Source of the DNA: an uncultured delta proteobacterium
GTDB taxonomy: Bacteria > Myxococcota_A > Polyangia > Palsa-1104
Length of the DNA: 64,000 nt
Assembly: GCA_963785725.1 (NCBI GenBank)
Contig: CAWAWS010000026.1
Location: 64,001 to 128,000, forward strand
Direction: 5' to 3'
Position 1 is the first letter of the stretch, and every line of letters starts with the position of its first letter. The notes under the pieces are model-generated. The model made no database searches, was not told the origin of the DNA, and was given only the letters and a program-made list of their open reading frames with translations. Made by a program: the position numbers and the translations under genes. Positions 39,103 through 47,225 of the stretch are shown in pieces.

Positions 39103-40341
39103 ATGCCAACGGTAACCGCGGAAGGGAAAGCGAGTTCTCTTTCGCAGGAAAAGCGACGGGGACCAGCGATATGGCTGGTGCTCGACCTCGATCCCAAGAA
39201 GCGCGGCTCGATGGAGCAGCAGCTCTTGGCGCTCGCCGCGCAGCTGCGGGATGACGGCGCCCTAGCGACGTTCGTCTTCAACCGTCCGCCGCCGGCGTGG
39301 CTCGACGACGGCCTGAGCGATCGCGGCGTCGACGTGCGCGTCCTCGATTTTCGGCGGCCGGCGCGCGCGGCGTTTCAGTTTCTCGGCTGGGTGAGCGTGG
39401 CGCGGCCGGAGCTCGTGCACTTCCACTTCGTGCGCGCCTATTCGCCGCTCGTCGTCATCGCGCATGCGGCCGGCGCGCGCGTCATCTTGCACGACCACAT
39501 GACGCTGGGACAGCCGGTGATTCCGGTGCGCAAGCGCTCGCAGCTGGAGCAGGAGCTCGTCAGCTGCTACAAACGGGCGCGCGCGTCGCTGCTCAACCGG
39601 CTCATCGACCTGCGCGTCGCCGTCAGCCGCTTCGTGGCGACGAGCGTGCGCGAGTCCGAGCATTGCGCAGGCGAGCAGCAGCAAGTCGTCGAGAACGGCA
39701 TCGATCTGTCGCGCTTCTTGGCGGCCGACGGCGCCGGGCTGCGCGCCGAGCTGCGCGCCGCGGCGCGGCCGGTCATCGTGTGCATCTCGCGGCTGACGCC
39801 CGACAAAGGCGTCGACGTGCTCATTCGCGCGCTCGCCCGCGTCGGCCGCGACGCGCTCTTGCTCCTCGTCGGTGACGGCTTCGAAGAGGCGAAATATCGC
39901 GCGCTGGCGGCGTCGCTGGGCCTGCAAGATCACGTGCGCTTCTTGGGCCTGCGCAACGACGTCGAGCGCGTCTTGGCCGCCGCCGACGTCGTCGTCACGC
40001 CTTCGCTGTGGGACGAAGCCTTCGGCCTGTGCGTCGTCGAGGCGATGGCCACCGGTCGCCCGGTCGTCGTCACGCGTGCCGGCGCCATGCCCGAGATCGT
40101 CGACGAAGGGCGCTGCGGCCTCATCGTGCCCAAAGGCGACGACGTCGCGCTCGCCGGCGCCATCGGCCGCTTGCTCGACGATCCGGCGCTGGCCGCGCGC
40201 CTCGGCGAAGCCGGCCGCCAGCGCGCGCGCCAAGCCTACGGGCTGCAGACGTTCGTGACCCGCATGTCGGCGGTCTATCGCGCGCTCGTGCCGTCGTTGC
40301 GCGCGCCCGTCGATGCGCCGCCGCTTTTGAGGGCGGCATGA
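39103..40341 (+). CDS. Glycosyltransferase family 4
   Basis: VENGIDL, SRLTPDKG, FLGLRNDV, PSLWDEAFGLCVVEAMATGRPVV. Confidence 0.93.
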   Translation: MPTVTAEGKASSLSQEKRRGPAIWLVLDLDPKKRGSMEQQLLALAAQLRDDGALATFVFNRPPPAWLDDGLSDRGVDVRVLDFRRPARAAFQFLGWVSVARPELVHFHFVRAYSPLVVIAHAAGARVILHDHMTLGQPVIPVRKRSQLEQELVSCYKRARASLLNRLIDLRVAVSRFVATSVRESEHCAGEQQQVVENGIDLSRFLAADGAGLRAELRAAARPVIVCISRLTPDKGVDVLIRALARVGRDALLLLVGDGFEEAKYRALAASLGLQDHVRFLGLRNDVERVLAAADVVVTPSLWDEAFGLCVVEAMATGRPVVVTRAGAMPEIVDEGRCGLIVPKGDDVALAGAIGRLLDDPALAARLGEAGRQRARQAYGLQTFVTRMSAVYRALVPSLRAPVDAPPLLRAA

Positions 40342-41837
40342 ACGCGCTCGATCGCTTTCGCGCCGTCGTCCGCCGCGTGCTCGGCGCGTCCGGGCCGCTC
40401 GTCGGCGGCCGCCTGGTCTCGGCGGTGTTGACGTTCGCGCTGCCGCTCATTTTGGCGCGCCTCCTGACGCCGCAAGCCTTCGGCACCTACAAGCAGTTCT
40501 TCTTGATCGTCGTGACGCTGCAGCTGACCGGGCAGCTCGGCTTGACGCAGTCGCTCTATTATTTCCTGCCGCGCGGCGGTCGCGAGCGCGGCGCCTATGT
40601 CGCGCAGACGCTCTTGTCGCTCGGGATCTTGGGCGCCGTCTTCGGGGTCGCGCTCTATTTCCTGGCGCCCTATCTCGGCCACTGGCTCGGCGACGGCTCG
40701 CTCGGCGCGCTGCGCGGACCGCTGGCCGTCTTCGGCGGCTTGCAGCTGGCATCGGCGGCGCTCGAGAGCGTCGTCACCGCCGAAGGCCGCATCGGCGTCG
40801 CCGCCATCACCTACGTCATGACCGATGGCATCCGCGCCGCGTTCCTCATCATCGGCGCCAAGTATTTCGGGCCGAGCGGGCTGTTTTGGGCCGCCGCCAT
40901 CACCGCCGGCTTACGCATCCTCGGCTGCATGGGCATCGTCGCCGGCGGCATCGTCCCCATCGCGAAGCCGCACAAAGCGCTGTTCCGCACGCAGCTGGCC
41001 TACGCGCTGCCGTTCGCGGGCTCGTCGTATCTGTACGTCGCGCAGCGCTACTTCTCGCAGTATGCGGTGTCGGCGTCGTTCGACTCGGCGACGTTCGCGC
41101 TCTTCGCCGTCGCGTCGTTCCACATGCCGGTCGTCGACATCGTGTTCACGCCGCTGGCCGACGTCATGATGGTGCACATCGGCAAAGCGCATCACCAGGG
41201 CGAGCCGCGGGCGGCCTGGCTGGCGTGGAACGACACGATTCAGAAGCTGGGCGCGCTGCTGTTCCCGGCGGCGGCGTGCGCTTGGCTGTTCGGCCCGACG
41301 GTGTTGCCGCTGCTCTTTACCCACAAATACGACGGATCGGTGCCGCTCTTCATGATCGCGACGCTGGAGATTCCGTTCTGGGTGCTGCCGCTCGATGCGC
41401 TCCTGCGTTCGTTCGGCGACACGCGCTTTTTATTCGCGTTCAACGGCGGCCGCATCGTGTTCACGGCCGCGTTCGTGCTCGGCGGCATCCACTTCTTCGG
41501 TCTGCAAGGTGCCGTCGCCGGCGCGGTCGCGTCCGAGGTGTTGGCGCGCGGCCTCATGTTGGCGCGCGGTCGCAAATTCCTCGGCGTCAGCTTCGTCGGC
41601 ACCTGCGACTGGGCCGCGCTCGGCCGCACGGCCGCGGCGGCGACGGCCGCGGGGGCGCCGGCGTATGCCATGCATCGCCTGCCGCTGCATCCGCTTCCGT
41701 CGGTGCTGCTGTCGGGCCTCGTCTACGGCGCCGGCTACTTGGCGCTCTTGCAGGCCATGCGCAAGCGGCTCGGCGCTTCGGTCGTCGCGACGCCGGCGCC
41801 GCCCGATTCGACCTCCGCCTTCTTCGTCAACGGCTGA
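40338..41837 (+). CDS. Wzx-type oligosaccharide flippase
   Basis: From ATG 40338 (ATGA overlap): LARLLTPQAFGTY...QSLYYFLP and about 12-14 hydrophobic helices. Confidence 0.87.
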   Translation: MNALDRFRAVVRRVLGASGPLVGGRLVSAVLTFALPLILARLLTPQAFGTYKQFFLIVVTLQLTGQLGLTQSLYYFLPRGGRERGAYVAQTLLSLGILGAVFGVALYFLAPYLGHWLGDGSLGALRGPLAVFGGLQLASAALESVVTAEGRIGVAAITYVMTDGIRAAFLIIGAKYFGPSGLFWAAAITAGLRILGCMGIVAGGIVPIAKPHKALFRTQLAYALPFAGSSYLYVAQRYFSQYAVSASFDSATFALFAVASFHMPVVDIVFTPLADVMMVHIGKAHHQGEPRAAWLAWNDTIQKLGALLFPAAACAWLFGPTVLPLLFTHKYDGSVPLFMIATLEIPFWVLPLDALLRSFGDTRFLFAFNGGRIVFTAAFVLGGIHFFGLQGAVAGAVASEVLARGLMLARGRKFLGVSFVGTCDWAALGRTAAAATAAGAPAYAMHRLPLHPLPSVLLSGLVYGAGYLALLQAMRKRLGASVVATPAPPDSTSAFFVNG

Positions 41838-41838
41838 G

Positions 41839-42817
41839 TCAGCGGTGGCTGGCGCGCGTCAGCCGGTCGGCGACGGCGAGCCAGGCTTCGTCGTCCGCCG
41901 GCGGCGCCTCGACGGCGATGAGGGTAACGCTGTCGTCGTCGAGCGCGTGCAGCGCGGCGAAAAGCCCGTGGCCGTAAGCGCTCGCATCGTCGGGCAAGCT
42001 GACGGCGCGCACCGTCGGCGGCAAAGGTGGCAGCGCGCCGCGGACGAGGAGGGCCGCGCCGGCGCCGTGCGCGATGGCGGCGGCGACGGCCTCGGCGCGC
42101 GAATGAAGGCGCAAGGGCGCGCGCGGCGCGTAGTGCACGGCGTCTTGTCCCGGCGAGTGGCGCTCGGCTTCGTCGACGATGACGGCGGCCGCCCGCTCTA
42201 GCTCGGGGACCTCGCGGCGCAGCTCGGCCAGCGGCAGCGCGCCCGGACGCAACAGGCGCGGCGGCTCGACGGTCAAGTCGAGCACGGTCGACTCGAGGCC
42301 GGCCGCGCACGGCCCGCCGTCGAGGACGAGCGGCACGGCGTCACCGAGCGAGCGCACGACGTGCTGCGCCGTCGTCGGCGACAGCGTCTGATAGCGGTTG
42401 GCGCTGGGCGCGGCGATGGGCTCGCCGAGCGCGCGCAACAGCGCCTGCGCTACCGGATGCGCCGGCGCGCGCACGGCCACCGTCGGCTTGCCGCCCGACA
42501 ACTCCGCCGGCACCGACGGCGCGCGCGGCACGATGAGCGTCAACGGCCCGGGCCAGAAGCGCGCCGCCAGCCGCGCCGCCCGCGCGTCCCAGCGCGTCGT
42601 CAGGCGCTCGGCGCCGGCCGCATCGGCGACGTGCGCGATGAGCGGATGCGTCGCCGGTCGACCCTTGGCGGCGAAGATGCGGGCGATGGCCGCCGCTGAT
42701 GAGGGCGCGCGCGCCCAGGCCGTACACGGTCTCCGTCGGAAACGCGACCAGCTCGCCGGCGGCCAACAGCCGTGCCGCTTCGGCGATCGCCGCGGCATCG
42801 GCGACACGGACGCTCAC
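41839..42817 (-). CDS. tsaC: L-threonylcarbamoyladenylate synthase, Sua5 type (frameshift near 42698)
   Basis: VAFPTETVYGLG in one frame; AKGRPATHPLIAH, WPGPLT, AAPSAN, GLESTVLD, SPGQDAVHYAP and the SUA5 C-domain in another. Confidence 0.92.
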
Positions 42818-42836
42818 GCGCGTTCCCTTCGGTCGC

Positions 42837-45290
42837 TCACGGAAGGCGGTCCAGTCGCCGCTGCTGCAGCCGCTCGAGCCACACGAGGAACGCCGGCATG
42901 CCGACGACCGCCGCCGACAAGCAGGCCACCTCGCCCAGGATCGCCATCTCGCCAAAGGAGCGCAGCGCCTGGTTGTCGGCGACCAGCAGCGCCGCGTAGC
43001 CGATGATTGTCGTCAAGGAGCAGAGCGCGACCGCGCCGCCGGTCGCGCGCACGGCGCGGCCGACGCGTCCGCGCCCTTCGAGCTTGTAGCGCAAGTATAT
43101 GTTGATGCCGTAGTCGACGCCGATACCGAAGGTGATGGGCACGGCGATGAAGTTGAGGAAGTTGGTGCGCACGCCGGTCCAGGCGGCGGTGCCGAGCATC
43201 CACAACACGCCGGCGACGAGCGTCGGCAGGACGAGCGCGGCGCCGCGGCGGCCGGCGAGCACGAGGACGAGCAGCGCCACCGCCAAGAACGACACGCTCG
43301 TCGCCAGCGGCGCGTCGTGCACGATCGAGCGGATCATGGCCGCGAAGATGACGGCGTGGCCCGAGCTGCGCACGAGCGTGCCGTCGTCGAGCGTGATCTC
43401 GCCGATGATGTCGGCGATGCGCATGAGGTTGCGGCCGTCCCACACGCTGACGTGCTGATCGTGATAGACGAGCACGACCCGGCCGATGGTGCCGTCGGTC
43501 TCGATGAACGGCCGCTTGACCTCCATCGGCAGGTCGGCGTCGCTCACCGTCGTCAAGGACTCGGGCGGACGCAGCTTGACGAGGTCGGCGCGATCGCGCT
43601 CCTCGGCCAGCTGCGCCGCCGGCGAGTCGATGATCTCGCGCAGCTCGGCCAGCACCGCCAGCTTCGTCTTCTGCAGTAGCAGATCGCCGGGCAAGAAGTC
43701 GTCGAGGATGGTCACCTGGCCGAGCATCGGGTCGCCGGGCAGCGAGTGATCGCGTTGGAGCACTTTCTTACGGATTTCGTCGGCGTGCTCGCGCTTGTCG
43801 GCGATGACGACGGCCGGCGTCAGCGTGCGGCCGAACACCGGGTCGACGCGCTCGGCCAGCCGCGCCGCGCCCGACGTCAGGCTGCGCTTGTTGCGCAAGT
43901 TGCGGAAGTCGTACTCGAACGGATCGTGCAGATAGCGATGCAGCGGCAGCACCGACACCACCGTCAACAGGCCGAAGACGGCGAGGCAGGTGCGCGGCGC
44001 TTGCGTGGCGATGCGCGCGACCAAGTCCGAGAACGCCGTCACCGGCGGGGCGAAGCGGCGTGCGGTGCGCTCGCGATGGTCGAACGCCGCCCACAACGCC
44101 GGCAGGACGATGACCGTCGCCGCCCAAGCCGCGACCATGCCCAAGCCGCCGATGGTGCCGAACTGCGAGAAGCCGCGAAAGCGCGTGATGATGAGCGACG
44201 CGTAAGCGACGGCGGCGCCGAGCGCGGCGACGGCGGTCGGGCGAATCGTGGCCGCGAGCGCGATGCCGGCGGCGTCGCGCGGCGATTTGCCGGCGCGCCG
44301 CTCTTCTTCGTAGCGCGCCAATTGGATGATGGGGAAGTTGATGCCGTTGCCGACGACGATCGAGCCCATGAACGCCGTCGACGCGTTGAGGTAGCCGAAG
44401 AGCAGCTCGGCCATGCCGAAGGCGAAGGCGACGCCCATGAGCGCGGGGATGCCGACGAAGGGAATGGCGCGGAAACGGCCGTAAAAGACGATGACGACGA
44501 AGCAGACGAGGACGATGCAGACCGCCGTCGCCATCACGAGGTCGCTCTCGAGCGCTTCGCGCTCCTCGATCTGCGACATGACGTCGCCGGTGAGCCCGAC
44601 TTTCATGCTCGGGTTGTACGAGGTCGGATTGGCGGCGGCGATGAGCTTGCGCGACGCGTCCGCCAGTCGCTCGCCGGCGCGCTCGGCGAAGAGGCCACCC
44701 GGCGGACGACAGACGATGACGACGATGCGCCCCTTGCGCCCTTCGAGGAAGCCCGACGGGAACGAGTTCATGACGCCGCCGCGATCGCGCATGCGCTTGA
44801 CGATGGCCTGCGGATCTTCGTCCTCGCCGAGGATGTCGACGTAGAGCGGGTTCTTCTTCTTGCGAATCTCGGCCTTGAGCGAGTCGCGCAGCGCGATCAG
44901 CTCCGACAAGGGCGCATACAGCCACTGCCGCGACGTGAAGAACTCGCGCTCGGCGCGCACGTCGTAGACCGCCGACTGGATGACCTCGGGCGGCAACTTG
45001 CGCAGCTCCTCCGTCAGCTTCCCGGCCAGCTTCAAGTTGGCGTCGCGATCGGGGCTCTCGATCGCGATCTCCAAGATCGCCGTGCCGCCGATGCGCTTCG
45101 ACAGATACTGCAGCTCCTCGACCGCCGGGTCGCGCGAGGGCAACAGCTCGGCCACGTTGGTGCGCAGCTCGAGCCGCGTCGCCAAGAGCGCGAACACGAG
45201 CGTCACCAGTGTCGCCGCGGTCAAGACGAGGCGATAGCGTCTCCAGATGAAATCGAGCCAGCGGTCGGTCAGGGCGGTTGCTGCGCGCAC
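42837..45290 (-). CDS. MMPL/RND-family transporter
   Basis: Two 1+5 TM repeats; GNGINFPI, FRGFSQFG, PITFGIGVDYGIN, TTIIGYAAL; start chosen from TGcTAAGGT 8 nt upstream. Confidence 0.88.
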   Translation of the reverse strand: MRAATALTDRWLDFIWRRYRLVLTAATLVTLVFALLATRLELRTNVAELLPSRDPAVEELQYLSKRIGGTAILEIAIESPDRDANLKLAGKLTEELRKLPPEVIQSAVYDVRAEREFFTSRQWLYAPLSELIALRDSLKAEIRKKKNPLYVDILGEDEDPQAIVKRMRDRGGVMNSFPSGFLEGRKGRIVVIVCRPPGGLFAERAGERLADASRKLIAAANPTSYNPSMKVGLTGDVMSQIEEREALESDLVMATAVCIVLVCFVVIVFYGRFRAIPFVGIPALMGVAFAFGMAELLFGYLNASTAFMGSIVVGNGINFPIIQLARYEEERRAGKSPRDAAGIALAATIRPTAVAALGAAVAYASLIITRFRGFSQFGTIGGLGMVAAWAATVIVLPALWAAFDHRERTARRFAPPVTAFSDLVARIATQAPRTCLAVFGLLTVVSVLPLHRYLHDPFEYDFRNLRNKRSLTSGAARLAERVDPVFGRTLTPAVVIADKREHADEIRKKVLQRDHSLPGDPMLGQVTILDDFLPGDLLLQKTKLAVLAELREIIDSPAAQLAEERDRADLVKLRPPESLTTVSDADLPMEVKRPFIETDGTIGRVVLVYHDQHVSVWDGRNLMRIADIIGEITLDDGTLVRSSGHAVIFAAMIRSIVHDAPLATSVSFLAVALLVLVLAGRRGAALVLPTLVAGVLWMLGTAAWTGVRTNFLNFIAVPITFGIGVDYGINIYLRYKLEGRGRVGRAVRATGGAVALCSLTTIIGYAALLVADNQALRSFGEMAILGEVACLSAAVVGMPAFLVWLERLQQRRLDRLP

Positions 45291-45346
45291 GGCGGGGGAC
45301 CTTAGCACGCTTGCCTGAGCGCGCCTGCTGACCTATAACGCGCGCG

Positions 45347-46483
45347 ATGGCGAGCGCAACCGATTGTGTCATCGTCGGCGCCGGCGTCGTCGGTCTGACG
45401 GCGGCGTTGCGGCTGCGCGCGGCGGGCGTCACGGTCGCGATCGTCGATCCGGCCGAGCCCGGGCGCGAGTCGTCGTGGGCGGCGGCGGGCATCTTGGCGC
45501 CGCAGGTCGAAGCGCACGGTCCGGGCCCGCTGTTCGACCTCTTGCGCGCCAGCTGCCGGCTGTGGCCCGATTGGGCCGCCGAGCTGCGCGCCCAAAGCGG
45601 CGTCGACATCGGCTATCGGCAAGAGGGCACGCTCGTCGTCGCGCCCGACGAAGCGGCGGCGGCGCGGCTGGAGGCGAGCTGCGCCTGGCAAGGGCGCGCC
45701 GGCCTGCCGCTGCAACGTCTAACGCCGCAGGAGCTTCGCGAGCGCGAGCCGTCGTTGGCGCCGGCGCTGGCGGGCGTCTGGCTGCCGGAAGATCGGCAGC
45801 TCGACAGCCGCGCGCTCGTCTGCGCATTGGTTGCGGTTTGCCGCGCGGCCGGCGTCGAATTCGTGCGTGCCGCGGTGCGCGCCGTTCGCCACGACGGCAC
45901 GCGCGTCCTCGGCGTCGAGCTCGACGGCGGCGTGCGCGCGGCCGGCCACGTCGTCGTCGCCGCCGGCGCCTGGAGCGCCGAGCTCGCCGGCGTGCCGCTG
46001 CCGCCCGGCGCCGTCTTTCCCGTGCGCGGCCAAATGCTCGCGCTGCGCGCTCCCGTCGACGCGCTGCGCCACATCGTCTTCGGGGCCGGCGGCTACTTGG
46101 TCCCGCGCAGCGACGGACGCATCCTGTGCGGCTCGACCGAGGAGCGCGTCGGCTTTGCGCGCGCGACGACCGCCGCCGGCTTGGCCGAGCTCGAGTCGCG
46201 CGCCGCGCAGCTGTGTCCGCCGCTGGCGGCAGCGCCGCGCGTCGATCATTGGGCCGGTCTGCGCCCGGCGTCGCACGACGGCCTGCCGTTCATCGGCGCC
46301 ACCGCCATCGCCGGCCTGCACCTCGCGACCGGCCATTTCCGCAACGGCATCGTGCTCGCGCCGCTGACCGCCGCCATCGTGACCGCGCTCGTCACCAACC
46401 GCGCGCCGCCGGTCGATCTCGCGCCGCTCTCGCCGGCTCGCCAAATCATGGGCCGAAATATCGACCCGGACATTCGATCGTAA
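45347..46483 (+). CDS. thiO: Glycine oxidase / DAO-family FAD oxidoreductase
   Basis: IVGAGVVG, SSWAAAGILAP, PVRGQM, YLVPR, WAGLRP, TGHFRNGIVLAP. Confidence 0.85.
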   Translation: MASATDCVIVGAGVVGLTAALRLRAAGVTVAIVDPAEPGRESSWAAAGILAPQVEAHGPGPLFDLLRASCRLWPDWAAELRAQSGVDIGYRQEGTLVVAPDEAAAARLEASCAWQGRAGLPLQRLTPQELREREPSLAPALAGVWLPEDRQLDSRALVCALVAVCRAAGVEFVRAAVRAVRHDGTRVLGVELDGGVRAAGHVVVAAGAWSAELAGVPLPPGAVFPVRGQMLALRAPVDALRHIVFGAGGYLVPRSDGRILCGSTEERVGFARATTAAGLAELESRAAQLCPPLAAAPRVDHWAGLRPASHDGLPFIGATAIAGLHLATGHFRNGIVLAPLTAAIVTALVTNRAPPVDLAPLSPARQIMGRNIDPDIRS

Positions 46484-46522
46484 CGTCCGTCGCTGGGCGC
46501 GCCCTTTGCACCAGCCTCGGGC

Positions 46523-46753
46523 ATGGACCTGCGCTGCAAAGTCTTCCGTGGCTCCGAGGCCGGGCTGCTCGAAGCCGACATCAACCACTTCTTGTCCGAT
46601 GAGATCGTGCAAGAAGGCGAGCTGCAGCTCGAGGAGATCACGCAGAGCGAAGGTCCCGGCGGCGTGACGGTTACGCTCTGGTATTCGCTGACCGAGCTAG
46701 AGCCCGAGCTGGACGACGAGGTCGTCGATGCGCGATCGCTGGAAGTGTCGTGA
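46523..46753 (+). CDS. Small acidic hypothetical protein
   Basis: 76-aa ORF filling the gap; its stop overlaps the start of the usp gene. Confidence 0.65.
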   Translation: MDLRCKVFRGSEAGLLEADINHFLSDEIVQEGELQLEEITQSEGPGGVTVTLWYSLTELEPELDDEVVDARSLEVS

Positions 46754-47208
46754 TGCGCGCGCGCCGAATCCTCGTGCCCATCGATTTTTCGGACGGCTCG
46801 ACCGAGGCGTTCGCGACTGGGCTGGCGATGGCCAAAGAGAGCGGGGCGCAGCTGACGCTGCTGCACGTCATGCACGTGGCGATGACGACGCTGCCCGATG
46901 TCGCCATGCTCAGCCCCGACGTGCAGCGCAGCGTCGAGGAGTCGGTCGAGAGCGGCCTCGTCACGCTCTGCGAGCGCGCGAGCGCGGCCGGCGTCGTCTC
47001 CGACTGGCACGTCACCTTCGGCTCGACCGCGGTCGAGATCTGCCAGCTGGCGCAAGATCTCGGCATCGATCTCATCGTCATCGGCAGCCACGGCGGCGGC
47101 GCGCTGGCGCACGCGATCTTGGGCTCCGTCGCCGAGCGGGTCGTGCGCAAAGCCTCCTGCCCGGTGCTGACCGTGCGCCCGCAAAGCCAGTCGTCGCTGC
47201 ATCCGTGA
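46753..47208 (+). CDS. Universal stress protein
   Basis: RILVPIDFS, LTLLHV, DLIVIGSHG...LGSVAERVVRKASCPVLTV. Confidence 0.93.
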   Translation: MRARRILVPIDFSDGSTEAFATGLAMAKESGAQLTLLHVMHVAMTTLPDVAMLSPDVQRSVEESVESGLVTLCERASAAGVVSDWHVTFGSTAVEICQLAQDLGIDLIVIGSHGGGALAHAILGSVAERVVRKASCPVLTVRPQSQSSLHP

Positions 47209-47225
47209 CGTGCTAGCGTGCGCGC

